The notes under the pieces are model-generated. The model was not told the origin of the DNA, ran no database searches, and saw only the letters and a program-made list of their open reading frames with translations. Position numbers and translations under genes: made by a program. Below, one piece after another: positions 41,856 to 49,437 of a DNA stretch of 64,000 nt (position 1 is the stretch's first letter; each line of letters starts with the position of its first letter). Source of the stretch: a virus; IMG/VR virus record IMGVR_UViG_3300042197_004553, positions 15,094 to 79,093 of that record, one strand, 5' to 3'.

Positions 41856-42465
41856 CCCCCAATCACCACCTTGCGGTGGGCACACTGATTCAGGGCTCGT
41901 TGTTCTCCGGTCGAGGCGGCTACACCCACGCCAACAAACGCGATGTTTGGCGGCTGCTTTTGGCAGGAATGGGGCACAACGAGAAAGCGTACCTGTGTGG
42001 GGTATGAAACTCCCGCGTTTTGCGACCAGCGCTTAACGCAAAAGTCACACAGGCGTGACAGTAGTTTTAATGGCGCCAAAGTTTACGACGGACAGGGCCC
42101 CACACCCGACTTGGCTGTCCTTCTACAACTCTGGTCTCACACTGCAAGATAACTACCTGAACCGGCGTTTCACTGGCTGGCGCATATAGGGCCAACCGGA
42201 CGTCCCAGAAAGTAGTCAGAGCCCACTAACGGTGGTGTTACCAAATCACCGCGAGGCTGGCGTAACTGACAAAGTCACACCTTTGTGTCCAAGGGCTCTT
42301 CCTCGAAAGCCTTGATTCTGTTCGAACTGCCGCGCCTTTGCGACAATTCGCCGGGAATGCTGACAGAACCGACAGCGTTCCCGGCGTGGCTCCTTCGAGA
42401 ACCACTCGTATAAATTAAACCTAGTTAGGGAAACGGCATACGTAGCCTCCTTTCTGGCGCCATTA
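41856..42465 (-). ncRNA. candidate large structured non-coding RNA (~600-650 nt), family unassigned
   Basis: No credible ORF in an otherwise gene-dense genome; more than 10 stems, several with G-U pairs on the minus strand; a GCAA tetraloop; an 11-bp long-range inverted repeat. Confidence 0.65.
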
Positions 42466-43890
42466 CGTAGCGAGGGCGATCTTGAAACCTTTCAGCATGG
42501 TCGGCAGATTGGTACATCCTTGGACCATGCTGAGTTTTGACAACAATTCCGGGTTCCAATCCGGAATCATGCCCGATTCGACCGTCTCTGGCACCGCGTA
42601 CTTTCCCGAAAAGTAGTTGTGCAGCCAGATCGCGCGGGTCACGCTTTTCAGTCCAATCACCTTGCGGTATTGCTCCGTGGCGTCGTGGTCGCCGATGAAG
42701 ACGACAACACGAACCCTATAACAACTCTGTCCGCCACAGACCTGATCGAACAGGCGTTCCACCTGTCCGGGGTCTGTGGCCACTGGCTTTCCGTTAAACC
42801 ACGGGATGTAGTTCTCCGTCGAGTCCACCTCGCCGTTGCTGTGGGGAAACACCAGCACGTCGGAGCCAGAAACTCCGGCGTAGCCCGCCGCGTTAGCAAG
42901 ATCGCAGGCTATCTGGGCCTGCGCCTCGCAACTCGGCGATACGTCGGGAAGAAACAGCACGCACGGGCGGCCCGTCATACTGTCTTCCTTGAGAGCGTTG
43001 GGCAGCGGCCGGCGGACAACCATTCGCTGCACCAACTTTCGGGCGCTCAACACGGGGATTGGCGCAAAGTTTTCACCCGCGCTGCCTCCCCGGTCGACGA
43101 GCCGATTAATCAGGTCGGCCACCTGTTGTCGCAGTTTTGGCGGAACCCGTTGCAGCCGCCCATGGGCTCCTGCAATCGTTTTCCGCGCCACAAGAGACGG
43201 CGCCGACGCCTGCGCCACGCGGTTGTGCGACGCTTTCCGCCGGGCCATCTGGAGATTCCGTTTTGCCGCACTAACCGAAGCACTGCCGGAGGACTGAGGG
43301 GCTTGTTTGGCGCGGGCAAGGGCGTCGCGATACGCCTGTTGCGCGGCCTTAAGCGCCTGCTGCTCGGGACTTGGCTGTGGTTTAGGGGGAACGGGTTGTG
43401 GCTGGTTCGTCTCCTGCCCAGACGCAGGACCGGTCGTCTGCGTTTGGGTCGGCTGCGCGTCGTCCGGCGACTGGGGCTGCGACCCCTGTTGCTGGCCGGC
43501 GGGCTGTGACGAATTGTTACTACTGCCGCCCGGCTGCTGTTGCTGCTGGGACTGGCCCTGACCGCTCCCGCCGCCACCGGAATTCGGCTGTTGCCGTTGC
43601 CGATTTTGTCGTTCGCGGTCCCAATTGATCGCCGACGTGACGGGCACATCAGGCCCGTACCGTCGCGCCCACGTGTCGACTCTGGACTGCACGTCGACGA
43701 CGCGGCCGGTGGTAGCCTCGATGTTACCGCGTTTCACCGCGGCCCGCTCGATCGCGTATTCCGGCTCGTTCGCGACATGGCAGGCGACTTTGCTTAGCGT
43801 CTTAGGATACGCGGAGCCGCCGAAACTCTCGCCGCAATTGCGGCGCGAGACGCTAAGCATTTTCTGCAGTTCTCGCACCGTAAGGGCCAC
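42463..43890 (-). CDS. VWA (MIDAS)-domain protein with Gln/Pro-rich linker
   Basis: VLFLPDVSPSC (DxSxS) and VVVFIGDHD; AAAGGAG Shine-Dalgarno; follows the AAA+ gene. Confidence 0.7.
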   Translation of the reverse strand: MALTVRELQKMLSVSRRNCGESFGGSAYPKTLSKVACHVANEPEYAIERAAVKRGNIEATTGRVVDVQSRVDTWARRYGPDVPVTSAINWDRERQNRQRQQPNSGGGGSGQGQSQQQQQPGGSSNNSSQPAGQQQGSQPQSPDDAQPTQTQTTGPASGQETNQPQPVPPKPQPSPEQQALKAAQQAYRDALARAKQAPQSSGSASVSAAKRNLQMARRKASHNRVAQASAPSLVARKTIAGAHGRLQRVPPKLRQQVADLINRLVDRGGSAGENFAPIPVLSARKLVQRMVVRRPLPNALKEDSMTGRPCVLFLPDVSPSCEAQAQIACDLANAAGYAGVSGSDVLVFPHSNGEVDSTENYIPWFNGKPVATDPGQVERLFDQVCGGQSCYRVRVVVFIGDHDATEQYRKVIGLKSVTRAIWLHNYFSGKYAVPETVESGMIPDWNPELLSKLSMVQGCTNLPTMLKGFKIALAT

Positions 43891-43906
43891 GAGTTTCTCC
43901 TTTCTT

Positions 43907-44734
43907 CTAGTGTTTCCGCTTAAACTCGCCGTACAGCACGGCGCCGGGAGAAGAAATCTCCCGCTCGATCGCTCGGCGGTCCTTCTCGTCCTTGACGAGG
44001 AAGGCGTCGATCAGCGACTCAGTGTCCTCGACTGAGGTCACCAAATCGCGCGCATGCAGGAGTTCGCGCAACTCCTGCAGGCTGGGCTTGCTTTCGCCCT
44101 TGGTGCGGACGGCGTTGGCCATCTTCACCGCGAGCCGGCACGCGCCGCCGGGCGCGCCCGTGTTCTTGCGGAGCACGTCCACCTCGACGTTCTCCGGCAA
44201 GAACTCCATCGTCACACGAAAGCAGCGGCGCTTTACTGCCTCCGGGATGTCGCCCTCCTCGTTTGCCGTGAGGACAACAAACATCCGCTTGAGGTCCGCT
44301 TGATGCATGTGGTGCCGCGCATCAGGCACCCGGCCATGCTGGAGAAAGTCCAGAATGAGCGGGTAGAACCGGCTGCCGGCCTTTTCCACCTCGTCCAGCG
44401 TCACGACGACGTCGTGGTGCTTTGTAGCTTTGACAGCCCGAAGCAACTGTCCGTCCATGTACGCCTCGTCGGCGTGAGTAACGCCGACCGCGACCTTGCC
44501 GATGTCCACACCCTGATTGACCTCCTCATTGGTCAACCACGGGTGGCAGGGGATGAAGAACTGCTTTGCACCCCTGCCGCGGGCGAAACAGTCGGCAAAG
44601 AATGTCTTGCCCGTGCCGGGCGAGCCGACCAGCAAAACCGCCCGCATCGTCGCCGTGATCAGCGACAGCCAGCGGGCCGCCAGCGACTCACCGCGGCGAG
44701 CGTAGTAATCGGGCAGCAATGTGTTCGTCGACAT
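43907..44734 (-). CDS. MoxR-like AAA+ ATPase
   Basis: Walker A GSPGTGKT, Walker B VTLDEVEK, sensor VVLTANE, EAVKRRC. Confidence 0.85.
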   Translation of the reverse strand: MSTNTLLPDYYARRGESLAARWLSLITATMRAVLLVGSPGTGKTFFADCFARGRGAKQFFIPCHPWLTNEEVNQGVDIGKVAVGVTHADEAYMDGQLLRAVKATKHHDVVVTLDEVEKAGSRFYPLILDFLQHGRVPDARHHMHQADLKRMFVVLTANEEGDIPEAVKRRCFRVTMEFLPENVEVDVLRKNTGAPGGACRLAVKMANAVRTKGESKPSLQELRELLHARDLVTSVEDTESLIDAFLVKDEKDRRAIEREISSPGAVLYGEFKRKH

Positions 44735-44757
44735 GAAACCTCCGCAGGTGTTAATGT

Positions 44758-45245
44758 TTAATTCTCGCTCGGCACCGCGCGGTGCAGAGTGCCGGCTTTC
44801 TGGGCCGCGTACGCCTTGACCTTGGCCTTAGCCGCCTCGGCCGCCGCCTCCTCCTCTCGACGCTCGCGCTCGATGCGCTCGCCATCTTCAAACAAGGCGG
44901 TGGCGACCGCCTTGAAGTCGATCTCGTCCATGAAGAGTCGGCAGATGTTCTCCACAAACGTCATGCTTGTCATCATGTTGTGGACGGCTTCTTCTTCGCC
45001 GTGCTCGTCCGCAATCTTGACCAGCGCCATGATTTCGTTAAGCACCGTCGCGATAGAAGTGCCGATAATGCCGATCGCCCAGAATGTCATGCCACCGATT
45101 GCAGCAGTCCTGTGCTCTTCGTCCCACTCGGTCTTGCCGAGCGCGACTAATTTCTCTTTGGACATCAGTACGGGTGCGAAGACCACCCCAGTTCTTCCGC
45201 TTTTTTGCGGAAGTTCTCCAGCGTCTGCTGTGTCGCGTCGTTCAC
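44758..45245 (-). CDS. hypothetical protein, apparently split by a one-base frameshift near 45186-45189
   Basis: AAAGGAGG plus GTG 45245 opens a 26-codon ORF ending in a TGATG overlap with the ORF from 45165; one extra G would fuse them. Confidence 0.55.
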
Positions 45246-45322
45246 AAAAACCTCCTTTGCATAAAAGAGCCGGGGCGAAACGCCGCGCCGGCGGGGCCGC
45301 ACAGATAAACGGCACCAATGAA

Positions 45323-45349
45323 TATGCCCGTGTTTGCGGCAAAATTTAG
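45323..45349 (-). promoter_or_regulatory. putative phage promoter CTAAAT-N15-GGCATA (class A)
   Basis: Same hexamers and spacing as 5399-5425. Confidence 0.6.
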
Positions 45350-45473
45350 ACGACAAAACCTTTGCCCAAAAAGTTTTGAGCAGCGGTTTCGTAACACGTG
45401 TTCGCGAATCGCGAAACGCGAAAGTGTTTGTCGCGTAAAGAGTTACGACGACTGTTCCACGTTCCAGAACGCG

Positions 45474-46472
45474 CTAGTAGCGAATGCGGATGGCGTCGGT
45501 GTAGGCGCTGTACTTGTAATTCGAACTCACCTCGCCGTAGCAACTTTCGAGGTTAATGCTGGCTTTCGTGGCGCGCACCCACTCCCGATACGCCTGCCAC
45601 CGCGCCTGCCCTGCCCGCTCGTAACTGGCTTCTTTGTTCTGGTCGTTGACCGCGACACCGCCAGCCGAATACTCCAATTGGTTGCGGCGAAATTGCTCGG
45701 CAACCATCATAAATAAATTGGCACAAACGCCTTCAAGCCAGTGATATCGGAACGGAAAATTTTGTGTAGTGTAGGTCGGGCTCAGCGGCGGCGGAATTTC
45801 GTTCCAATACTGCACCGGTCGGGCGATCGCTAGCGCGATCTCAGCGTCGTCAAACATCAAGTTTTCCAGCAGATAACTCTCCCCCGGCGCCGAATCGCGC
45901 AGGTGCAGTCGGACTTCCGCGATGCTGGGCGGTCCGCCGGGTCCGTTATTGCTCCCGGTATCGAATGTGCTCCGGTTGATGATCAAATAAAACGTGTTAG
46001 AAAATATCACACAAGGCTGTGCGGCCGCCTCCGCCGGGATATTGACCAGCGCCATTTCCGCGTAGTAAACGCCCGGGACGCCGACCATGGCCTGCGTGAG
46101 CGCGGCTTCTACGGTGCCGTCGGCGGCGGTGACAACCGCTGCGTTGACCTGCGTGACCGGATTCTGGTTCCCCAGCGCAATCTGCTCTTTGAGCCGCAGC
46201 ACGACTTTAAACAGTGCGGCGTTATTGCAGCCGGTCAGGCTCACCGGGACGCCGTCCTTGTCGTGCATCTGCCAGCGGATCGTGGCGCACTGGCCCTGCG
46301 TAATCGAGATTGCTCGCATCCGGGACAGGAGCGGCTGCCCGTTCTGCGCCGAAACGGGCGCGCTCAGCACGTTCTGACCCGCGCAGGGGACCGGGTTCAG
46401 GACTTGCGGCGTATTGCTGTTGTCGCAACAGGAGACCAGCGGGTGAGACGTTGGCGTGGCGATGACGGCCAT
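45474..46472 (-). CDS. putative head-tail adaptor (neck) with N-terminal BppU-like domain
   Basis: ITQGQCATIRWQMHDKDGVPVSLTG (BppU-like); EVRLHLRD...FDDAEIALAI and YSAGGVAVND (adaptor-like). Confidence 0.55.
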   Translation of the reverse strand: MAVIATPTSHPLVSCCDNSNTPQVLNPVPCAGQNVLSAPVSAQNGQPLLSRMRAISITQGQCATIRWQMHDKDGVPVSLTGCNNAALFKVVLRLKEQIALGNQNPVTQVNAAVVTAADGTVEAALTQAMVGVPGVYYAEMALVNIPAEAAAQPCVIFSNTFYLIINRSTFDTGSNNGPGGPPSIAEVRLHLRDSAPGESYLLENLMFDDAEIALAIARPVQYWNEIPPPLSPTYTTQNFPFRYHWLEGVCANLFMMVAEQFRRNQLEYSAGGVAVNDQNKEASYERAGQARWQAYREWVRATKASINLESCYGEVSSNYKYSAYTDAIRIRY

Positions 46473-46493
46473 AAGCGCGGCTCCTTTTTAACC

Positions 46494-46500
46494 AGTATAC
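46494..46500 (-). promoter_or_regulatory. putative -10 element GTATACT (class B)
   Basis: Directly after the terminator and before the AAGGAG Shine-Dalgarno of the 46472 gene. Confidence 0.45.
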
Positions 46501-46505
46501 AAACA

Positions 46506-46538
46506 GAAAGGGCTGACCGTTAAACGGCCAGCCCTTTC
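46506..46538 (-). terminator. intrinsic terminator after the capsid gene cluster
   Basis: Minus strand GAAAGGGCUGGCCGU-uua-ACGGUCAGCCCUUUC followed by UGUUU. Confidence 0.7.
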
Positions 46539-46562
46539 GCGTTTCAGCACGTCACAGTTGCG

Positions 46563-46985
46563 TCAGGTACCGGCAGGGCCAGTGGCCCCGGTGGCACCCG
46601 TGGCGCCCGTGGCGCCCGTGACACCCGTGGCGCCAGCGCTGACGGCAAAGCCGCCACCGCCCGCACCCTGCCACGACGGATTCGACGTGCCGACTTGGCT
46701 CGACGAATTCATCGCCAGTTCCTTGGTCACGCTGCCCGTTTCGCTGAGCAGATAGACCGAAGGCGAACGAACAATATCCAACAGATTGTCCGTCAGCGCG
46801 CGTTCCAGCGCCTTGAACTTCCGCTGGCTGCGTTGCGCACCCAGTTTGGTCACAAGGTCGCCCGGAACGGTGTACGTGGCGTTGTCCGCCAGCGTTTTAC
46901 CGTGCGCGCCCAGAAATCCAAACGTCATGGTTTTACCCGAGACGTTTTTTACAACAGTGTAAAGATCATCAGAAGTCGTGGGCAT
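46563..46985 (-). CDS. small virion protein with collagen-like (GAT)n tail
   Basis: 140 aa ending GATGVTGATGATGATGATGPAGT. Confidence 0.6.
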   Translation of the reverse strand: MPTTSDDLYTVVKNVSGKTMTFGFLGAHGKTLADNATYTVPGDLVTKLGAQRSQRKFKALERALTDNLLDIVRSPSVYLLSETGSVTKELAMNSSSQVGTSNPSWQGAGGGGFAVSAGATGVTGATGATGATGATGPAGT

Positions 46986-46996
46986 ATTTTACTCCG

Positions 46997-47386
46997 TTAC
47001 TCTGCGGGTTGCATGGCCGCAGCAGCCGCGGCTTGCAGGGTCAGTACAGCATTCGCAATTTCGGGTTGGTCGGCGGCGAGAGCAGCCACGTGGTTAAACG
47101 TGGCCTGCTTCTCGTTTCCGCCGCCAATCCCTGCAGCCGCGAGCGCCGCATCCAGTTGCTGGTTCACAGCAGCCAGACCCGTATGGCGCGCCGCGGCGGT
47201 CTTTTCCTGTTCCGCCGTATAGAGCACGTGCAACTTCTGCGCAGCAGCCCACATTTCCGCGGCTTCACCTTCGGAACCGGGGACAACCCCCGCTCCAGCC
47301 AGTTTTTCGAAGAAATAGGGGGCGGCCAGTTGCGACACAACGGTGGCGTAAGCCTGTTCTGCCGCTTCTTTAACGGTATCAGCCAT
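46997..47386 (-). CDS. K-x-A-rich head-associated protein
   Basis: VKEA, EKLA, EKTA, EKQA; AAGGAG Shine-Dalgarno. Confidence 0.65.
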   Translation of the reverse strand: MADTVKEAAEQAYATVVSQLAAPYFFEKLAGAGVVPGSEGEAAEMWAAAQKLHVLYTAEQEKTAAARHTGLAAVNQQLDAALAAAGIGGGNEKQATFNHVAALAADQPEIANAVLTLQAAAAAAMQPAE

Positions 47387-47411
47387 TGGTAGTGCTCCTT
47401 GTTATTACGGC

Positions 47412-48338
47412 TCAGACAAACGTGACCTTGGCGAGACCGTTCGTGTGACCGAACGAGCCGCCTTGCGTGTTGTAGGCAAAGTACTCAAGCATGTAAGCCT
47501 CACGACGGATGTACATCGTGGTGGGCTCCAACTCGTAGTTCTTGCCGATGAACTTCGGCGAGGCGAACATGTACAACACATCGTTCGGCACGAGGTTCCG
47601 CTTGATCGTGACGATCCAGCGGCAGTTGAGGAAGTTGGTCTCCGCCCAACCGTTCTTGATGATCTCCTGCGAGAAGTCACCACCCATCTCGTCGCGACCA
47701 AACTTGAGGAGTTCCTTGATCGTGATGTTATTCACGAGGCAGGTCTCCACTTCGAAGTGGCTCGGAGTCGAGGGCATAACCTTCAGGGCGTCAACAATCG
47801 TCTCGCGCGTGATGCCGCCGCTGATCGTCACGTTCTGGGGCACGCCCGAAAGAACGTTGTTCGTATCAACAGTGCCCACCGCCGCGTCGAGCGCGTTGAT
47901 GAACTTGGAGTCTTCCTCGGCCAGCATGTCCTTGATCATGTTGTCCGAAAGCACCTGACGGATGTCGATGACATACGTCCGGAGTTCGTCAACGTCCTTC
48001 ACAGCGCGGGGCGACACGATCCGGTCAAACATGACGCGGTAGCGCGGGCCACGGATGTAGAAGTTGATCGGAAGTGTCGCAAACGGGAGCGACACAGCCG
48101 CCGGAGAATCGGGCTCCTTGTCCACCACCTTGACCGGCTTGTCAGTGTCGACCTGACGATCCAGTTCATCGTTGGTGATGGTCAGCGGCGGCATAATCCG
48201 CCGGTAGAACCCGTCTTCACGCATCTTGGTGCGCGTGAAGTCGTTAACCGCATCGATGGCCTGCTTCTGCATGCCGGGGGTGTCGAGTTGCTCGAAGAGC
48301 GTTTCGTTGAGCAATTGGATTTCTTGCGGAGTGGGCAT
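47412..48338 (-). CDS. major capsid protein (HK97/encapsulin-like fold)
   Basis: 308 aa after GGAGG; IRQVLSDNMIKDMLAEEDSKFINAL spine-helix-like segment; codon usage looks strongly biased; follows protease, scaffold and decoration genes. Confidence 0.7.
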   Translation of the reverse strand: MPTPQEIQLLNETLFEQLDTPGMQKQAIDAVNDFTRTKMREDGFYRRIMPPLTITNDELDRQVDTDKPVKVVDKEPDSPAAVSLPFATLPINFYIRGPRYRVMFDRIVSPRAVKDVDELRTYVIDIRQVLSDNMIKDMLAEEDSKFINALDAAVGTVDTNNVLSGVPQNVTISGGITRETIVDALKVMPSTPSHFEVETCLVNNITIKELLKFGRDEMGGDFSQEIIKNGWAETNFLNCRWIVTIKRNLVPNDVLYMFASPKFIGKNYELEPTTMYIRREAYMLEYFAYNTQGGSFGHTNGLAKVTFV

Positions 48339-48368
48339 TGTAAGAACCTCCATGTTCTATGTAGTGAG

Positions 48369-48950
48369 TTAGGCGGACGCCGCTTGTACGCCATTCCAGT
48401 TGGACGCGCCCGGGAGATAAACGCTCCAGAACGACAGGGCTTGAATCCCGTTGTGATTCGAAACGGCCCCGCTAGACACAACACCGACCACTGGCGTGGT
48501 GAACTGAGTGACGCTGTAGTTCGTCAGACGGCCGTCCGTGCTGGCCGGCGTGCTGGCATCCGCCCGCGTGGCCGACAGCAGGTCGCCCGGCTGATAGGTA
48601 TTCCCGGTGACGAATTCCGTCGTCGAAATTTCGTAACCGCCGGTCGCCACCAGCCCGGACATCTTGCCGGTCGGCGCAATCGCCCGGTGCATGAACTTAC
48701 CGCCGGCGGTCGTGCCGGGGTTGCTCACGTCAGCGTCGGCGCTGCCGTTGAGCAAAAAGATCGCGGGGCACGTTTTGTGCGCGCCGGGAACGAACTCGCC
48801 ACTTGTGTTCAAGTGGACCACTCGGCCCGCCACCACGTCAAAAGAGATGCTGCTCGCCAACTTGGCGCTGTAGTCGAGCGAAGCCATGTCGAACCAGCCC
48901 TTTTTAACATCAAGGCCGTGTTCGAACATCAGATCAGGAGCGTTAGCCAT
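48369..48950 (-). CDS. putative capsid decoration/cement protein
   Basis: 193 aa directly before the capsid gene; YEISTTEF...YQPGDLL...GRL...VVGVV pattern. Confidence 0.55.
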   Translation of the reverse strand: MANAPDLMFEHGLDVKKGWFDMASLDYSAKLASSISFDVVAGRVVHLNTSGEFVPGAHKTCPAIFLLNGSADADVSNPGTTAGGKFMHRAIAPTGKMSGLVATGGYEISTTEFVTGNTYQPGDLLSATRADASTPASTDGRLTNYSVTQFTTPVVGVVSSGAVSNHNGIQALSFWSVYLPGASNWNGVQAASA

Positions 48951-48990
48951 TTTTAGACCTCCGTGTCTATGAGAAAGTTGCGTGTGTCAA

Positions 48991-49422
48991 TCAGGTAGTG
49001 GGCGGATTCAGACCAAGGCCCGTGAACAACTTCACGTCGGAAGCCTTGAGGCGACCATCGCGGGCACCCACATACCCGCTCGTCAAACTGGTGGCAGGGT
49101 CGTGGCTTGCGGCCTTTTCCTGACCCACAGGTGTACCAAGTCGGGCCATCTCGGCGGCGTTTTTGTGGCCGGCGAGTTTGACCACGAGTTCCATCGTGCG
49201 CACCGGATCGTGAAGCGCCTTTTCCAGCGCTTCCTTCTGGTGCGACTCGATGCGCTCATGCTCGACGCAGGCCTTCACGGCGGCCGGAATCAGCGCGGCC
49301 AATTTCTCGGCCTGCTCTTCTTGCGTCTTAATTACAGCGGCAGCCTTGGTCAGCGCCGCATCGGAAAACCCGATGTAATCGACGACCTTCTGCACGAGGG
49401 TGTTCGTTTCAGTTGCGGACAT
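48991..49422 (-). CDS. K-x-A-rich scaffold-like protein
   Basis: Helical; TKAA, EKLA, VKLA, EKAA. Confidence 0.6.
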   Translation of the reverse strand: MSATETNTLVQKVVDYIGFSDAALTKAAAVIKTQEEQAEKLAALIPAAVKACVEHERIESHQKEALEKALHDPVRTMELVVKLAGHKNAAEMARLGTPVGQEKAASHDPATSLTSGYVGARDGRLKASDVKLFTGLGLNPPTT

Positions 49423-49437
49423 TAAAACCTCCAGAAA

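Noticed and set aside
41810-42152. Short ORFs 41810-42079(-) and 41943-42152(+)
   Set aside because: No SD, non-protein-like sequence, and they run through stems and the terminator
42415-42440. Plus-strand TTAAAC-N14-GGCATA as a third class A promoter (also a GGCATA near 35864)
   Set aside because: The -35 hexamer and spacing deviate from the two matching copies
41856-42465. Group I or II intron, tmRNA, RNase P RNA or retron msr-msd as the identity of the large RNA
   Set aside because: No GUGCG start or domain V, no convincing P7 R/S elements or second exon, no tRNA-like ends, and no reverse transcriptase in the window
41856-42465. CsrB-like sponge for the phage CsrA
   Set aside because: About 11 GGA triplets in ~650 nt is near chance and they are not regularly placed in hairpin loops
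47445-48956. Long plus-strand ORFs such as this 503-aa one, 38440-39675 and 36937-38025
   Set aside because: Antisense shadows of GC-rich, codon-biased minus-strand genes, with no motifs or SD
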